Shown: positions 50,699-62,017 of the stretch, piece after piece
How the letters are laid out: each line of letters opens with the position of its first letter
Position numbering within the stretch: position 1 is the stretch's first letter
Source: Alphaproteobacteria bacterium
GTDB lineage: Bacteria; Pseudomonadota; Alphaproteobacteria; UBA828
DNA: 64,000 nucleotides
Assembly (NCBI GenBank): GCA_963422645.2
Contig: CAXXVO010000008.1
Location: 626,510 to 690,509, forward strand
Direction of reading: 5' to 3'
Program-made: the position numbers and the translations under genes
Notes under the pieces: model-generated
The model's database searches: none
Told to the model about the DNA's origin: nothing
The model's input: only the letters and a program-made list of their open reading frames with translations

Positions 50699-51646
50699 GT
50701 GGCACGCCGCAAGAAGAAGGCCAAGTCGGTCGAGACGCTCACGCATGGCGAGGCGGCGCGGCGCAACATCCCGACGGCGGAATACCACCCCGTCATGGCC
50801 GACGAGGACAAGACGCCGATCCGCGTGGCCTACGAGCGGCGCAACCGCGACCTCGACCCGCAGCTCGTCTGGCGCGGCAAGGACGAGCAGGACATGGCCG
50901 ATCTCGTCGTCCAGGCGCCGCCGCTCTACATCCAGGAGAAGGTGCACCCAAAAGTCCTTATCGACGACCTGCTGCGCCAGACGAAGGCGCGGCGGGAGGA
51001 GGAGGCGCCCACTGCACCGGACCTCTTCGCCGATTTCAACGGCCTGCCCGATGACGCAGCGAAAACCGAGTTCTACCGGCACGACGCGAACTGGTCGAAC
51101 CGCATGATCCTGGGCGACAGTCTTCAGGTCATGGCGTCGCTGGCGGAGCGTGAGGGCTTGCGCGGCAAGGTGCAGTGCATCTACATCGACCCGCCCTACG
51201 GCATCCGCTTCAACTCCAACTTCCAGTGGTCCACCACCAGCCGCGACGTGAAGGACGGCAAGGCCCAGCACATCACCCGCGAGCCCGAGCAGGTGAAGGC
51301 CTTCCGCGACACCTGGCGCGACGGCATCCACTCCTACCTGAGCTATCTGCGCGACCGGCTGACCGTGTCGCGTGATCTGCGGACCGAGAGTGGCAGCATC
51401 TTCGTGCAGATCGGCGACGAGAACGTGCATCGCGTGCGTGCGGTGATAGACGAGGTGTTTGGGGAAGAAAACCACGTAGCAAACATTGTGTTTCGCAAGA
51501 CCACGGGAAAGGCGGGCATTTCACTGGACAATACCTACGATGTTGTCGTTTGGTTTGCGCGACAATCAGAAAAATCCAAGATACGAGAGCTGTTTTTCAA
51601 GAGACATGTAGAATTGGACCGAAATTTCGGTAGTGTCTCAGTTTGA
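50699..51646 (+). pseudogene. mod: Type III Mod DNA methyltransferase, truncated within the TRD
   Basis: MILGDSL, YIDPPYG; no FxGxG SAM-binding motif; ends inside the 51629 inverted repeat. Confidence 0.85.
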
Positions 51647-51697
51647 ATTTTTCCCTCAATAAAAACAATGCGCTATGTATCAAACTGAGACACTACC
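51629..51697. repeat. 69-bp mini element with perfect 18-bp inverted repeats
   Basis: GGTAGTGTCTCAGTTTGA - 33-bp AT-rich spacer - TCAAACTGAGACACTACC. Confidence 0.85.
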
Positions 51698-52058
51698 CGG
51701 AACCGGAAAGAAACCGGCCGAGACCCGGAGCGATGCCCGCCGGCCGAGCTCGATCCGCTTCTCCGATTCCGAGTGGACTCTCGTCGAACGGGCCGCCGCA
51801 CGGCGTGGAACTTCAGCCGGCGAACTCGTCCGCTCGGGCGCGCTCGCCCTCGCCGAGGACCGCCTCGGCGAGCCTCCCCCGACCACCCTGTCGAAGGGAC
51901 ACGCCGCGCTCATCAAGGAGATCTACCGCTTCGTCTACGTGATGGCCACGCTCGACCGGGAGGAAATGCTCGACGCCGAACGCGGCGGAGAGCTCGACGA
52001 CCTCGTCGCCGCCGCCCGCAGGAGCATGGCGGAGACGATGAACGAAGGCCCGGCGTGA
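51675..52058 (+). CDS. Ribbon-helix-helix DNA-binding protein (N-terminus possibly replaced)
   Basis: SIRFSDSEWTLVERAAARRGTSAGELVR RHH pattern. Confidence 0.6.
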   Translation: MYQTETLPGTGKKPAETRSDARRPSSIRFSDSEWTLVERAAARRGTSAGELVRSGALALAEDRLGEPPPTTLSKGHAALIKEIYRFVYVMATLDREEMLDAERGGELDDLVAAARRSMAETMNEGPA

Positions 52059-52111
52059 GCGAATCCGCCGCTGGATGCTTCCATCCCTTTGCCAGGGGAT
52101 TGCCCTGAGAC

Positions 52112-53443
52112 ATGGTACAAGAGACTATCCACACCGGAACCGTATTGGATCGGACGCAAGGAATGAGGCGGGCAATACGCAATCTGGAGCAGCTTTCCGA
52201 CAACGTTCTCTTCCAGACCTTGTCCGAGGGCATGTCGCTCATCGTCGACAATGCGGACGGCTTCGACGAAACCGCCCACCGCCTCTACCGGGACGGGGAA
52301 TTCCGCGCCTCGGAAATCATGCGCGGCTTGGCGGAGGAGGAGGCCGCAAAGGTGCTGATTCTCATCGACTATGTACGGTGCCCGAGGAGCTCGGAAGGAA
52401 GGGCGCAGGTGCTGAACCGCTTCTACGGCCATGTTGCGAAGCGCATCCACGCCATGGCATGCGAATATCCGGACATCGCATCGTTCGGCGAACTCTCGGA
52501 CTGGGTCGAGCACGAGTGCCGCCCGTGGTATCTCGACGGACCGAAAGGGGTCGACTGGGTCTTCCCGAATTCGATTTCGGAGAAGCGCGAACGCGACCTC
52601 TATGTCGATTATGTACAGGACGTGACGGACGCCGCGGCCGCGTGCTACTGGATTGCTCCAGCCTCTGCGGACGATTCCCAGTCGCAATATCTGACGTCGG
52701 ATTGCGTCATGCTTGTCCAATCCCTGTCGGGGGCGGGCGCCGTTTCGGCCGACGGCCTCGCTGAAATCGCCGATGTCTGGAGAGGCTTCGCGCCCGAGCC
52801 ATGCACCGATCGCGAGGAATTGCACCGTCTGATCGCCGAAACGCTGGACCGTCTCGCACGGCGTTGCGGCGCCCTCGAAGAGGAGGCCGCGCAGTTCATT
52901 GTCTCGCACTGGCCGTTTCCGTTGTGGCCATTGACGATAAAGGAACCACGCCCGAACGACGGCGATCTCGACAGCCTGCGCGAAGCACGGGAGCGCGCCA
53001 TAGAGTGGATCATGGAGACTGAAGCCAAACGCGATCCGGCGCCGGCGATTTCCCGGTCGAAGGTCGAGGAATTGAGCAACGCGCATGCAGTATGGCGGAG
53101 CGATGTGGACGCGCGGACCGTTCGCCACGACGAGGGGGAAGACATACGCCTGCGAATCCAGCCTGTGGATGACGAGCGATTCGGATTGCCGTCCTACGCG
53201 CGACTACAAAACATGTTCCGAGGGTTGACCGCGGAGGAGCGCGCGGCGCTTCTCGCACTGGGATGGTTCGCACGGGAACAGGTGGCTGACTGGCCCCGAA
53301 TCCACGAACGCGCCGTTAAGGCAGAACCGACAACCAACGAGAACTACCAGATCAGTCGCGCCTCCTACTGGCTGGCCGGCTTGGAGCGCTGGGAAGAGAA
53401 ACCCCGGCCCTTCCAAGCCGGACGGTCGTGGCAGCTTAGGTGA
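52112..53443 (+). CDS. AbiV-like (HEPN) abortive infection protein with a DUF3775-like C-terminal domain
   Basis: NA..F...A..L, LAEEEAAK, F.GH..K, R...LYVDY; C-terminal EERAALLALGWFARE. Confidence 0.7.
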   Translation: MVQETIHTGTVLDRTQGMRRAIRNLEQLSDNVLFQTLSEGMSLIVDNADGFDETAHRLYRDGEFRASEIMRGLAEEEAAKVLILIDYVRCPRSSEGRAQVLNRFYGHVAKRIHAMACEYPDIASFGELSDWVEHECRPWYLDGPKGVDWVFPNSISEKRERDLYVDYVQDVTDAAAACYWIAPASADDSQSQYLTSDCVMLVQSLSGAGAVSADGLAEIADVWRGFAPEPCTDREELHRLIAETLDRLARRCGALEEEAAQFIVSHWPFPLWPLTIKEPRPNDGDLDSLREARERAIEWIMETEAKRDPAPAISRSKVEELSNAHAVWRSDVDARTVRHDEGEDIRLRIQPVDDERFGLPSYARLQNMFRGLTAEERAALLALGWFAREQVADWPRIHERAVKAEPTTNENYQISRASYWLAGLERWEEKPRPFQAGRSWQLR

Positions 53444-53580
53444 TCGCGAACCTCGGGAACGGCATAGGCAGTTGCACGCGGATGCGCCTTGCGGCTTGCT
53501 GCCGGGGACGAAGCATATCCGTGTTCAGAGCCCCAAATCCACAACGCTTTCTTCGATCGGGGTTTCAAGAGGGACGAAAA

Positions 53581-53796
53581 GTGAAGCTGCACTACTATCC
53601 CGAGACCGACAGCCTCTATGTCGAGTTCAAGGCGGAGCCTGGCGTGGAGACGCGCGAGGTCTCGGACGGCCTTAATGTCGATCTTGATGCTGCCGGCGAC
53701 GTGATCGGTTTCGACATCGACCATGCGTCCCGGCGCCTCGATCTCTCGACGCTGGAGACCGAGGCGCTGCCGCTGCGCTCGACCAGGGTCGGCTGA
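53581..53796 (+). CDS. DUF2283 family protein, second copy (GTG start)
   Basis: Same protein as 50480-50695. Confidence 0.8.
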   Translation: MKLHYYPETDSLYVEFKAEPGVETREVSDGLNVDLDAAGDVIGFDIDHASRRLDLSTLETEALPLRSTRVG

Positions 53797-53799
53797 TCC

Positions 53800-54441
53800 G
53801 TGGCACGCCGCAAGAAGAAGGCCAAGTCGGTCGAGACGCTCACGCATGGCGAGGCGGCGCGGCGCAACATCCCGACGGCGGAATACCACCCCGTCATGGC
53901 CGACGAGGACAAGACGCCGATCCGCGTGGCCTACGAGCGCAACCGCGACCTCGACCCGCAGCTCGTCTGGCGCGGCAAGGACGAGCAGGACATGGCCGAT
54001 CTCGTCGTCCAGGCGCCGCCGCTCTACATCCAGGAGAAGGTGCACCCAAAAGTCCTGATCGACGACCTGCTGCGCCAGACGAAGGCGCGGCGGGAGGAGG
54101 AGGCGCCCACTGCACCGGACCTCTTCGCCGATTTCAACGGCCTGCCCGATGACGCAGCGAAAACCGAGTTCTACCGGCACGACGCCAACTGGTCGAACCG
54201 CATGATCCTGGGCGACAGTCTTCAGGTCATGGCGTCGCTGGCGGAGCGTGAGGGCTTGCGCGGCAAGGTGCAGTGCATCTACATCGACCCGCCCTACGGC
54301 ATTCGCTTCAACTCCAACTTCCAGTGGTCCACCACCAGCCGCGACGTGAAGGACGGCAAGGCCCAGCACATCACCCGCGAGCCCGAGCAGGTGAAGGCCT
54401 TCCGCGACACCTGGCGCGACGGCATCCACTCCTACCTAAGC
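53800..54441 (+). pseudogene. mod: Second mod copy, truncated by ISX
   Basis: DPPY present; cut after GIHSYLS. Confidence 0.85.
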
Positions 54442-56956
54442 TCAGACTTCCTGACCTCGTGATGCTGGCTGTTCTGGGCAGCGTGCCGGGAACTCCTTGA
54501 ATTCTGATACATTTCGGTTGTTTCAGGCGGTTTTTCGCTGGGTGTCGCGCCCGAGGTCTGATATTATAATTTGATACCAATTGCACGGTCTCAACCATGC
54601 CCAGTACCCTCCCAATGTGCCCTCCAGAGGCGGTCTCGATCGGCAACAGCTGCTTCGCCGTCCTGATCTCGGACGACACCTTCACCTACTTTTCCAACCT
54701 CATTCCCTTTGACAGCCACGCCGCCGATGACCGCACGGCCATGCTCTTGCGGATCGGCCGCCTCGCGGCGATCAGCGCGGTCTCGCCGCAGGAACTGGCT
54801 GACGCTTTCGCTGTCTCGCGCGCGACGGTGCAGCGCGCACGACGGCGCTACCTGGCCGAGGGCGAAGCGGGGTTCATGAAGCCCCGGCGCGGTCGCGGGC
54901 CGTCGGTGTTCACTCCGGAGTTGGCGGAGAAGGCGACGGCGTTGCTGGCATCGGGCCTGAGCGGCTCTGCGGCGGCCCGGGTTCTCGGCGTGTCAGCGCC
55001 ATCGGTCAACAAGTGGCGCCGTCAGGGACTGATCGGCAACACGGAGGCGGATGGGGAGCCCGGACGCTCAGCGCTGGCTGCGCCGCCTGACGCGGGTGCG
55101 GCTCCTGAAGGCCGTGTCGATGAAGAGAGTACCGGTGCCCCGGGGCCGGAGACGGCGCCGGGGCTGGAAGCGCAGCCGCAAACGGATCGCAGCGCGCGCG
55201 ATCGGCGGGACCGGCAGGCGCCGATGGGGCGTGCGACTTGCGATGTTCCGGCTCGGGTTCTGGCCAGTTGTGGACAGGCGGGGCCGGTCGAACCGCAGTT
55301 CGCCGCCGCCGCCCGCGGTGTCCGCTTCGGCGGCGTGCTCGCCGCCCTGCCGGCCCTGCTGAAGGAAGGTCTTCTCTCCGAGACCGGTCTCCTGCCATTG
55401 CTGCCGAAGGGCTATTACGGCTTGCCTACGATCCTGCTCTTCCTGGCCTTCATGACCTTGGCGCGGGTGCGCAACCCCGAGAGCCTGCGCTACCAGGCGC
55501 CGGGCGAATGGGGCGCCATTCTCGGCCTCGATCGCTGCCCCGAGGTCAAGACGCTGCGCCGCAAGATCGCTCTCATCGCCGACGACGAGGCCGGCGTGCG
55601 GGCGTGGCAGCTCGCCCTTGCCAGGCGCTGGCAGGCGCCGACGAGCCGGAGCTCTGGGCGACGCTGGCCATCGACGGGCACGTCAAGGTCTACTCCGGCC
55701 GCAAGGGGCGCTTGCCCAAGCACTTCGTCTCGCGCGAGAAGCTGTGCCTGCCGGCGAGCGCCAGCTACTGGATCAACGCTCTGGGCGGCAAGCCGCTGCT
55801 CTGTCTGCACAAGCCGCTGGACCCGAAGATGGTCGCGGCCATCGAAGCCGACGTGGTGCCGGCGCTGCAGGAGCTTGGGATCGTTGGCGCCGGGGCGCCG
55901 GACCTGACCGCCGAGCATCCCGGCCAGCCGGCGCTCACCCTGGTCTTCGACCGCGAGGGCTGGAGCCCGGATCTGTTCCGCCGGCTGGCGAGGCGCGGCG
56001 TCGCCTGCCTGACCTGGCACAAGAACTTCAGGGGCGAGGACTGGCCGGCCGAGGACTTCGGCGCGATGACCGTTCCCATTCACGGACCGGCGGCGGACGG
56101 CAGCGCCACCATGCGGCTGGCTGAGAAGCCGGTGACGTTGCCGAACGGCTTCAGGGTGCGCCAGATCCGCCGCCTGCTCGACAACGGCCGTCAGGTGCCG
56201 CTGATCACCACCGATCCGCACAAGCCGATGGCTGAGGTTGCGGGCGCCATGTTCTCGCGCTGGTCGCAGGAGAACTTCTTCAAGTACATGCGTGACGAGT
56301 TCAATCTCGACGCCCTGCCGACCCACGAGCTCGAGCCTCTCGATCCCGCCGCCATGGTCGTCAACCCGCTGCGGCGGGCCTATGACAAGGCAATCCATCG
56401 CCTCGACCGCCAGCTTGGCCGCCTGCGCAACCGCATCGCCGACACGGCCCGGAAGAAGCAGCCGACGGCGGAACTCAGGAGGGAAGTCAGGGACCTCCAG
56501 GATGTCCGCGACATCGTCAGGGCCAGCCGCAGGGAGACGCCCAAGCACTGCCGGGCCGGCGACCTCGACGAAGCCGAGCAGCTCGATGCCTTGCCCGCGC
56601 GCGAGCGCCTCCTCCTCGACGTCATCCGGATGATCGCCTACCGCGCCGAAACCCGCATGATGCTTCCCGTCATGCAGGCGCAGGGCCACAAGCCCCATCC
56701 CCGGAAACTGCTTCAAGCGCTGCTCACCGCCGATGCCGACATCCTGCCGGATCCTGGCAATGGCCTCCTGCGGGTCCACATTCTTGGCCTCGCAAACGAC
56801 GCCTGCGACCGTTGGATCGATGCGGTTCTGAGCGACCTGAACGCCACCGAAACGGTCTTCCCCGGCACCCGTCTGCGCATAGTCTACGACATCGACGGGG
56901 CCTCGGAATCCGCGCGGCTCGTGTCACCTAAAATCAGCAGAGGTCAGGAAGTCTGA
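54442..56956 (+). mobile_element. ISX copy 4, full length, -1 frameshift, no TSD
   Basis: Both IRs present; flanks AGC vs GGT come from unrelated genes. Confidence 0.92.
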
Positions 56957-57703
56957 GGTTTGAGCGTCGCCGACGAAGTGGCCGTAGAAGCGGGCGGTCT
57001 TGATGTGAAGCAGGCTCGGGCCCTCGCCATTGCGGGCGCGTTCGACGGCCTCTCTCATCGCGTCGTAGACCGCGAAGAAGTCGAACCCGTCGATTTCGAC
57101 GCCCGGCATTCCGAAGCCGTTCGCGCGGGCCACCTGTGAACCTGCGACCGAATAAGAGGACGGCGTCGCCTCGGCATAGCCGTTGTCTTCGCAGATGAAG
57201 ATCACGGGCAGCTTCCAGATATTCGCCATGTTGTAGGCTTCGAAGATCAAACCCTGGTTGGAACCGCCATCGCCGTAGAAGGCCACGGCAACGCCCTTCT
57301 CGCCTTTCGCTCTTGCCGAAAGGCCGGCGCCCACGGCCAGGGGGCCGGTCGCGCCGATGATCCCGTTCGCGCCCAGCATCCCCTTGTCGAGGTCGGCAAT
57401 GTGCATCGAGCCGCCCTTGCCGCCGCAGACGCCGGTGGACGCGCCATAGATCTCGTCCATGGTTTCCTGCAGATCCAGGCCGCGCGCGATGCACTGGCCA
57501 TGCGCGCGATGGGTCGTGGCGATCCAGTCCCGCTCGTCCAGCGCCATGTAGACGCCGGCGGCCGTCGCCTCCTGGCCGGCGGAGAGATGAACGAAGCCCG
57601 GTATCTTGCCGTCCGAGAAGTTCTCGAAAACGCTTTCCTCGAAGTGCCGTGCCGCCGCCATCGTGCGGTACGCGCTCAGCAGCTCGTCTCTGCTCAGTTG
57701 CAT
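56957..57703 (-). pseudogene. TPP-dependent dehydrogenase E1 alpha subunit (AcoA/PdhA-like), 3'-truncated by ISX
   Basis: GFVHLSAGQEA, GKGGSMH, GDGGSNQG...EDN, RFYGH. Confidence 0.9.
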
Positions 57704-58107
57704 CAATGTCTCCCTTGCTCCTGCTGCGCGCCTCGCCCGAAGCCCAAGACGCCATCGCCGGCCGCTAAACCTGTGAGGGGTGGCAGCGTGTGCCGCAATA
57801 TACTGGCTCGCCCCGGCAAGTCACGGCTCAACCCGGCTTATCGGTGTGCGCGTCTCCCTTAGACCCCGAGCGTACGCACCCCAAGTCGGGGCTCAACGTC
57901 CGCTAAGTCGAGTTCATGCCAGCTCTTCCGAGATGGACTGGGATATAGGGGGACGCGCTTATCACCTCGGCACGACAGGGCGTGTCGGCAAGATTGAGAG
58001 GATGCGGTGGTTGTGGGTCAAACGAGCCTACGCAGGTGCTACCGTTGACGCTCACAAGCTGTGGGCAACCATGGATTGGTCTCTCCCGGAAGGGGCGCCG
58101 TTTGCGC

Positions 58108-60555
58108 TTACGCCTTGATGCGGCCGGATGTCGGGTCGTAGAGGGGGCGGAGGGAGGCTTTGGCCGGGTAGCGGACGCCCGCGACCTCGATCTCGTAGCG
58201 GCCGGCGGCCACGTAGTCGGCGTCCACGCCGCCGGCATTCTCCACATAGCCGAGGCTCACGGCACCGCCCAGCGTATGGCCGTACATGCCGGAGCGCACG
58301 TAGCCCGCGATCGCATCGTCCCGCCAGATCGGCTCGTTGTGGTAGAGCAGCGGCGCGGGGTCTTCGAGCTGGAACTGCACCAGCCGCTGGCGAACGCCTT
58401 GGTCGCGCTGGCGCAGCAGCGCGTCCCGCCCGATGAAGGGCTCGGGCTTGTCGAGCTTGACCGCGAAGCCGAGGCCGGCCTCCAGCGGCGTATCGGCGTC
58501 GCCGATGTCGTGGCCGTAGTGCCGGTAGGCCTTCTCGATCCTGAGCGAGTTCATGGCGTGCATGCCGACGTGGCGGAGGCCGACATCCGCCCCGGCTTCC
58601 ACCAGCATGTCGTAGACGCCGGCGGCGAACTCGGTGGGGATATAGAGCTCCCAACCGAGCTCACCCACGTAGGTAATGCGCGAGGCACGAGCACTTGCAT
58701 AGCCAAGCTCAATCTCCCGGCTGGTGCCGAAGGGGAAGGCCTCGTTGCCGAGGTCGTCGGGGCTGAGTGACTGCAGGAACTCCCGGGCGCGGGGGCCCAT
58801 GACGCCGAGCACGGCGAGGCCGGAAGTGACGTCGGTGAGCACCGCGTGCGCGCCGTCGGGGATGTGGCGCGTGAGCCAGAGGGCGTCCCGCACCTGGAAC
58901 TCGCCGGAGGTGATGATCAGATAGTCGTTCTCCGCGAGCCGGGTGACGGTGAGGTCGGCCTCGATACCGCCATTCTCGTTCAGCCACTGGGTGTAGACGA
59001 TGCGGCCGGGCGGCACGTCTATCTCGTTGGCGGAGACCCGGCCCAGAACCTTCGCCGCGTCGCGCCCCTGCAGGCGGAACTTGGCGAACGAGGTCTGGTC
59101 GAACAGGCCCACGCCCTCCCGCACCGCGCGGTGCTCTGCCGCCGAACAGTCGAACCAGTTCTGGCGGCCGAAGCTGTATTCGTAGCGGGGCTCCATGCCT
59201 TCCGTCGCGTACCAGTTGGGCCGCTCCCAGCCGAAGGCCTCGCCATGGCAGGCACCGCGCGCCAAGAGGCGATCATGAAAGGGCGAGCGCCGCACCCCCC
59301 GCGCGGTCGCGTACTGGCGGAAGGGCCAGTGGTCGTCGTAGAGCAGACCGAGGGTCTCGCTTACCCGCTCGCACAGATAGCGCCGGTTGGTCTGGAAGGG
59401 CAGGTTGCGGCGTATGTCCACGTCCCACATGTCGATGAGCGGCCGTCCGGTCTTGATGCACTCGGCCAACACCTTCCCCGCGCCGCCGGCCGACTGGATG
59501 CCGATGGAGTTGAACCCGGCGGCGATGTAGCAGCCCGAAAGTCCCGGCGCCTCGCCCAAGTGGTAGCGGTCGTCCGGCGTGAAGCTCTCGGGCCCGCAGA
59601 AGAAGGTCTGGATGCCGGCGTCCGCCAGCGCCGGCATGCGCTTCAGCGCGTGCGTCAGCACCGGCTCGAAGTGCTCGAAGTCGTCGGGCAGCTGGTCGAA
59701 GCAGAAATCCTCGGGGATGCCGTCCATGCCCCAGGGCTTGGCGTCGGGCTCGAAGGCGCCGAGAAGAATTTTCCCGGCGTCCTCCTTGTAGTAGGCGCAG
59801 CCGTCGTAATCGCGCAGTACGGGCAGGTCCGGAGTCACGCCCTCGAAGGGATCGGTCATCACGTAGAAGTGCTCGCAGGCGTGGAGCGGCACGTGGACGC
59901 CGATGGCGGCCGCAAGCTCGCGGGTCCACATGCCGGCCGAAAGCACCACCGTCTCTGCCGCAATCGGGCCTTCCGGCGTCTCGACGCCCGTGATGCGCTC
60001 GCCGTCGTGGCGGATGGCGGTGACAGGCACCCCTTCGCGGATCAGCACGCCGCCGTCCCGCGCTCCCTTTGCGAGCGCGCGGGTCACGTCGATGGGGTTG
60101 GTCTGGCCGTCGGAGGGGATGAAGATCCCGCCCACCACGTCGTCGACGGTGATCAGCGGGTAGCGCTCCTTGATCTCTTCCGGGCCGAGCACGTCGACGC
60201 GGAGGTTGAAGACCTTGGCCATGGAGGCGCTGCGCTTGAGCTCTTCGAAGCGGCCCTGGTGGGTGGCGAGCGAGATCGAGCCGTTCTGCTTGAAGCCGGT
60301 CGCCTGGCCGGTCTCCGCTTCCAGGCCCGTGTAGAGCTCGGCCGTGTACTTGGCGAGCTCGGTCATGCGCTTGGAGGGGCGGAGCTGGCCGATGAGGCCG
60401 GCGGCGTGCCAGGTGGTGCCGCAGGTAAGCTCGCGGCGTTCCAGCAGCACCACGTCGGAGACACCGGCCCGAGCGAGATGGTAGGCAACGGAGCAGCCCA
60501 CCATCCCGCCGCCGACGATGACCACGCGCGCCGAGCGGGGCAGGTCCGCAGCCAT
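58108..60555 (-). CDS. GcvT-family FAD-dependent oxidoreductase (sarcosine/dimethylglycine dehydrogenase-like)
   Basis: GGGMVG, GTTWHAAG, GPESFTPD, GWERP, GELGWEL, LRIEK. Confidence 0.93.
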   Translation of the reverse strand: MAADLPRSARVVIVGGGMVGCSVAYHLARAGVSDVVLLERRELTCGTTWHAAGLIGQLRPSKRMTELAKYTAELYTGLEAETGQATGFKQNGSISLATHQGRFEELKRSASMAKVFNLRVDVLGPEEIKERYPLITVDDVVGGIFIPSDGQTNPIDVTRALAKGARDGGVLIREGVPVTAIRHDGERITGVETPEGPIAAETVVLSAGMWTRELAAAIGVHVPLHACEHFYVMTDPFEGVTPDLPVLRDYDGCAYYKEDAGKILLGAFEPDAKPWGMDGIPEDFCFDQLPDDFEHFEPVLTHALKRMPALADAGIQTFFCGPESFTPDDRYHLGEAPGLSGCYIAAGFNSIGIQSAGGAGKVLAECIKTGRPLIDMWDVDIRRNLPFQTNRRYLCERVSETLGLLYDDHWPFRQYATARGVRRSPFHDRLLARGACHGEAFGWERPNWYATEGMEPRYEYSFGRQNWFDCSAAEHRAVREGVGLFDQTSFAKFRLQGRDAAKVLGRVSANEIDVPPGRIVYTQWLNENGGIEADLTVTRLAENDYLIITSGEFQVRDALWLTRHIPDGAHAVLTDVTSGLAVLGVMGPRAREFLQSLSPDDLGNEAFPFGTSREIELGYASARASRITYVGELGWELYIPTEFAAGVYDMLVEAGADVGLRHVGMHAMNSLRIEKAYRHYGHDIGDADTPLEAGLGFAVKLDKPEPFIGRDALLRQRDQGVRQRLVQFQLEDPAPLLYHNEPIWRDDAIAGYVRSGMYGHTLGGAVSLGYVENAGGVDADYVAAGRYEIEVAGVRYPAKASLRPLYDPTSGRIKA

Positions 60556-61021
60556 CAGGAACGCCCCGCCGCTCTCCCCGACACGGGCTCCCGTAGTCTC
60601 ACATCAATGGAATTGCCCAGGGATTCTTTCTCCGACATGACCTGCGCCTCCGTCATTTGACCGCACTGCATTCAGGGATCGGACACCACCTAACTCGCAC
60701 CCGATAGTGTATCATCCGGCCACTAAAAATTTGAGAGAAAACCCAGAATTTCTTCAAGGTCGGCCCGTCTTGTCTCTTGAGTAACTGCGGACAATGCGCG
60801 ATACTTTCTCGTCTTTCCGCATGCCACGAATGACGATCAACATTGCACTATAGGGCCCCGCTCGAAAAGGTGTGTGAGCACGGCGAACAAGAGCGTCCGC
60901 ACCGTCACGGCTGGCACGCAATATGCTGGACGTGCTGCTTGGGGTGGACCGCAGATTCCGTCTCCGGCGCCGCACGCGCGCTTTGAGCGCGATCGCCGAG
61001 GAGCGGGGAGTGACACGTCAC

Positions 61022-62017
61022 ATGAGTCAGCCAGCTGAAGCCAGGTTCGACGCCCCCGCGCGCGATCCGGTCGCGATCGTGGATGCGCTGGTGCGTCGCG
61101 GGCGTGCAGCGATGATGGAATTCGCCGGCTCCGATCAGGCGCGGGTCGATGAGGCCGTGACCGCCCTCGCCTGGTCGCTCTACAAGCCGGCGCACGCCGA
61201 GGCGCTGGCCAAGATGGCGGTCGACGACACGGGCCTCGGTAACGCGGCGGACAAGGTGGTCAAGAACCAGCGCAAGACCTTCGGCACGCTGCGCGACCTC
61301 ATGCGGGTGAAGAGTATCGGCATCATCGAGGAACAGCCTGCGCTCGGGCTCGTGAAATACGCGAAGCCGGTCGGTGTGGTCGGCGCGGTGAGCCCCTCCA
61401 CCAATCCCTCAGCAACGCCGGTGAACAAGGCGATGATGGCGCTCAAGGGACGCAACGCGATCGTCATCGCGCCATCGCCGGCAGGCCTCGCGACGACCAC
61501 GCGAACGGTCGAGTTCATGCGGGCGGAGCTCGAGAAGATCGGCGCGCCGGCGGACCTGGTGCAGGTGCTGCCGCCACCGGTGGACAAGGCGAGTACGCAC
61601 GCGCTGATGGCAGCCTGCGATCTCGTGGTCGTCACCGGCTCGCAGAGCAATGTGCGCGCCGCCTATCGCAGCGGCACGCCGGCGATCGGGGTCGGCGCGG
61701 GCAACGTCCCGGTCATCATCGATTCCAGCGCCACCATTGACGAGGCGGCAGCGAAGATCAGCGAATCCAAGTGTTTCGACAACGCCACCTCGTGCTCGTC
61801 GGAGAACGCCGTGATCATCCTCGACGACATTTACGGCGACGCGGTGGCCGCTCTCGAACGCGCCGGAGGCTATCTGGCCAACGCGGCGGAGAAGGATGCG
61901 ATCCAGTGCACCCTCTGGATGGACGGAAAGCTCAACCGCAGGGTCATCGCCAAGGATTTTGGGGTCTTCGCGGCTGAATGCGGTCTCGACGCTAAGGCGC
62001 CCGGCGCGAAATTTTTC
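61022..62017 (+). pseudogene. CoA-acylating aldehyde dehydrogenase (SauS-like), truncated by IS66
   Basis: DKVVKNQRKT, PSTNP, VTGS, GVGAGN, SKCFDNATSCSSEN. Confidence 0.85.

Larger units (their letters stand above)
53538..54441 (+). repeat. ~0.9-kb near-identical direct repeat of 50437-51343 (toxin 3' end, DUF2283, mod 5' part)
   Basis: Sequence identity apart from a few SNPs and one codon deletion (YERRN vs YERN). Confidence 0.92.
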
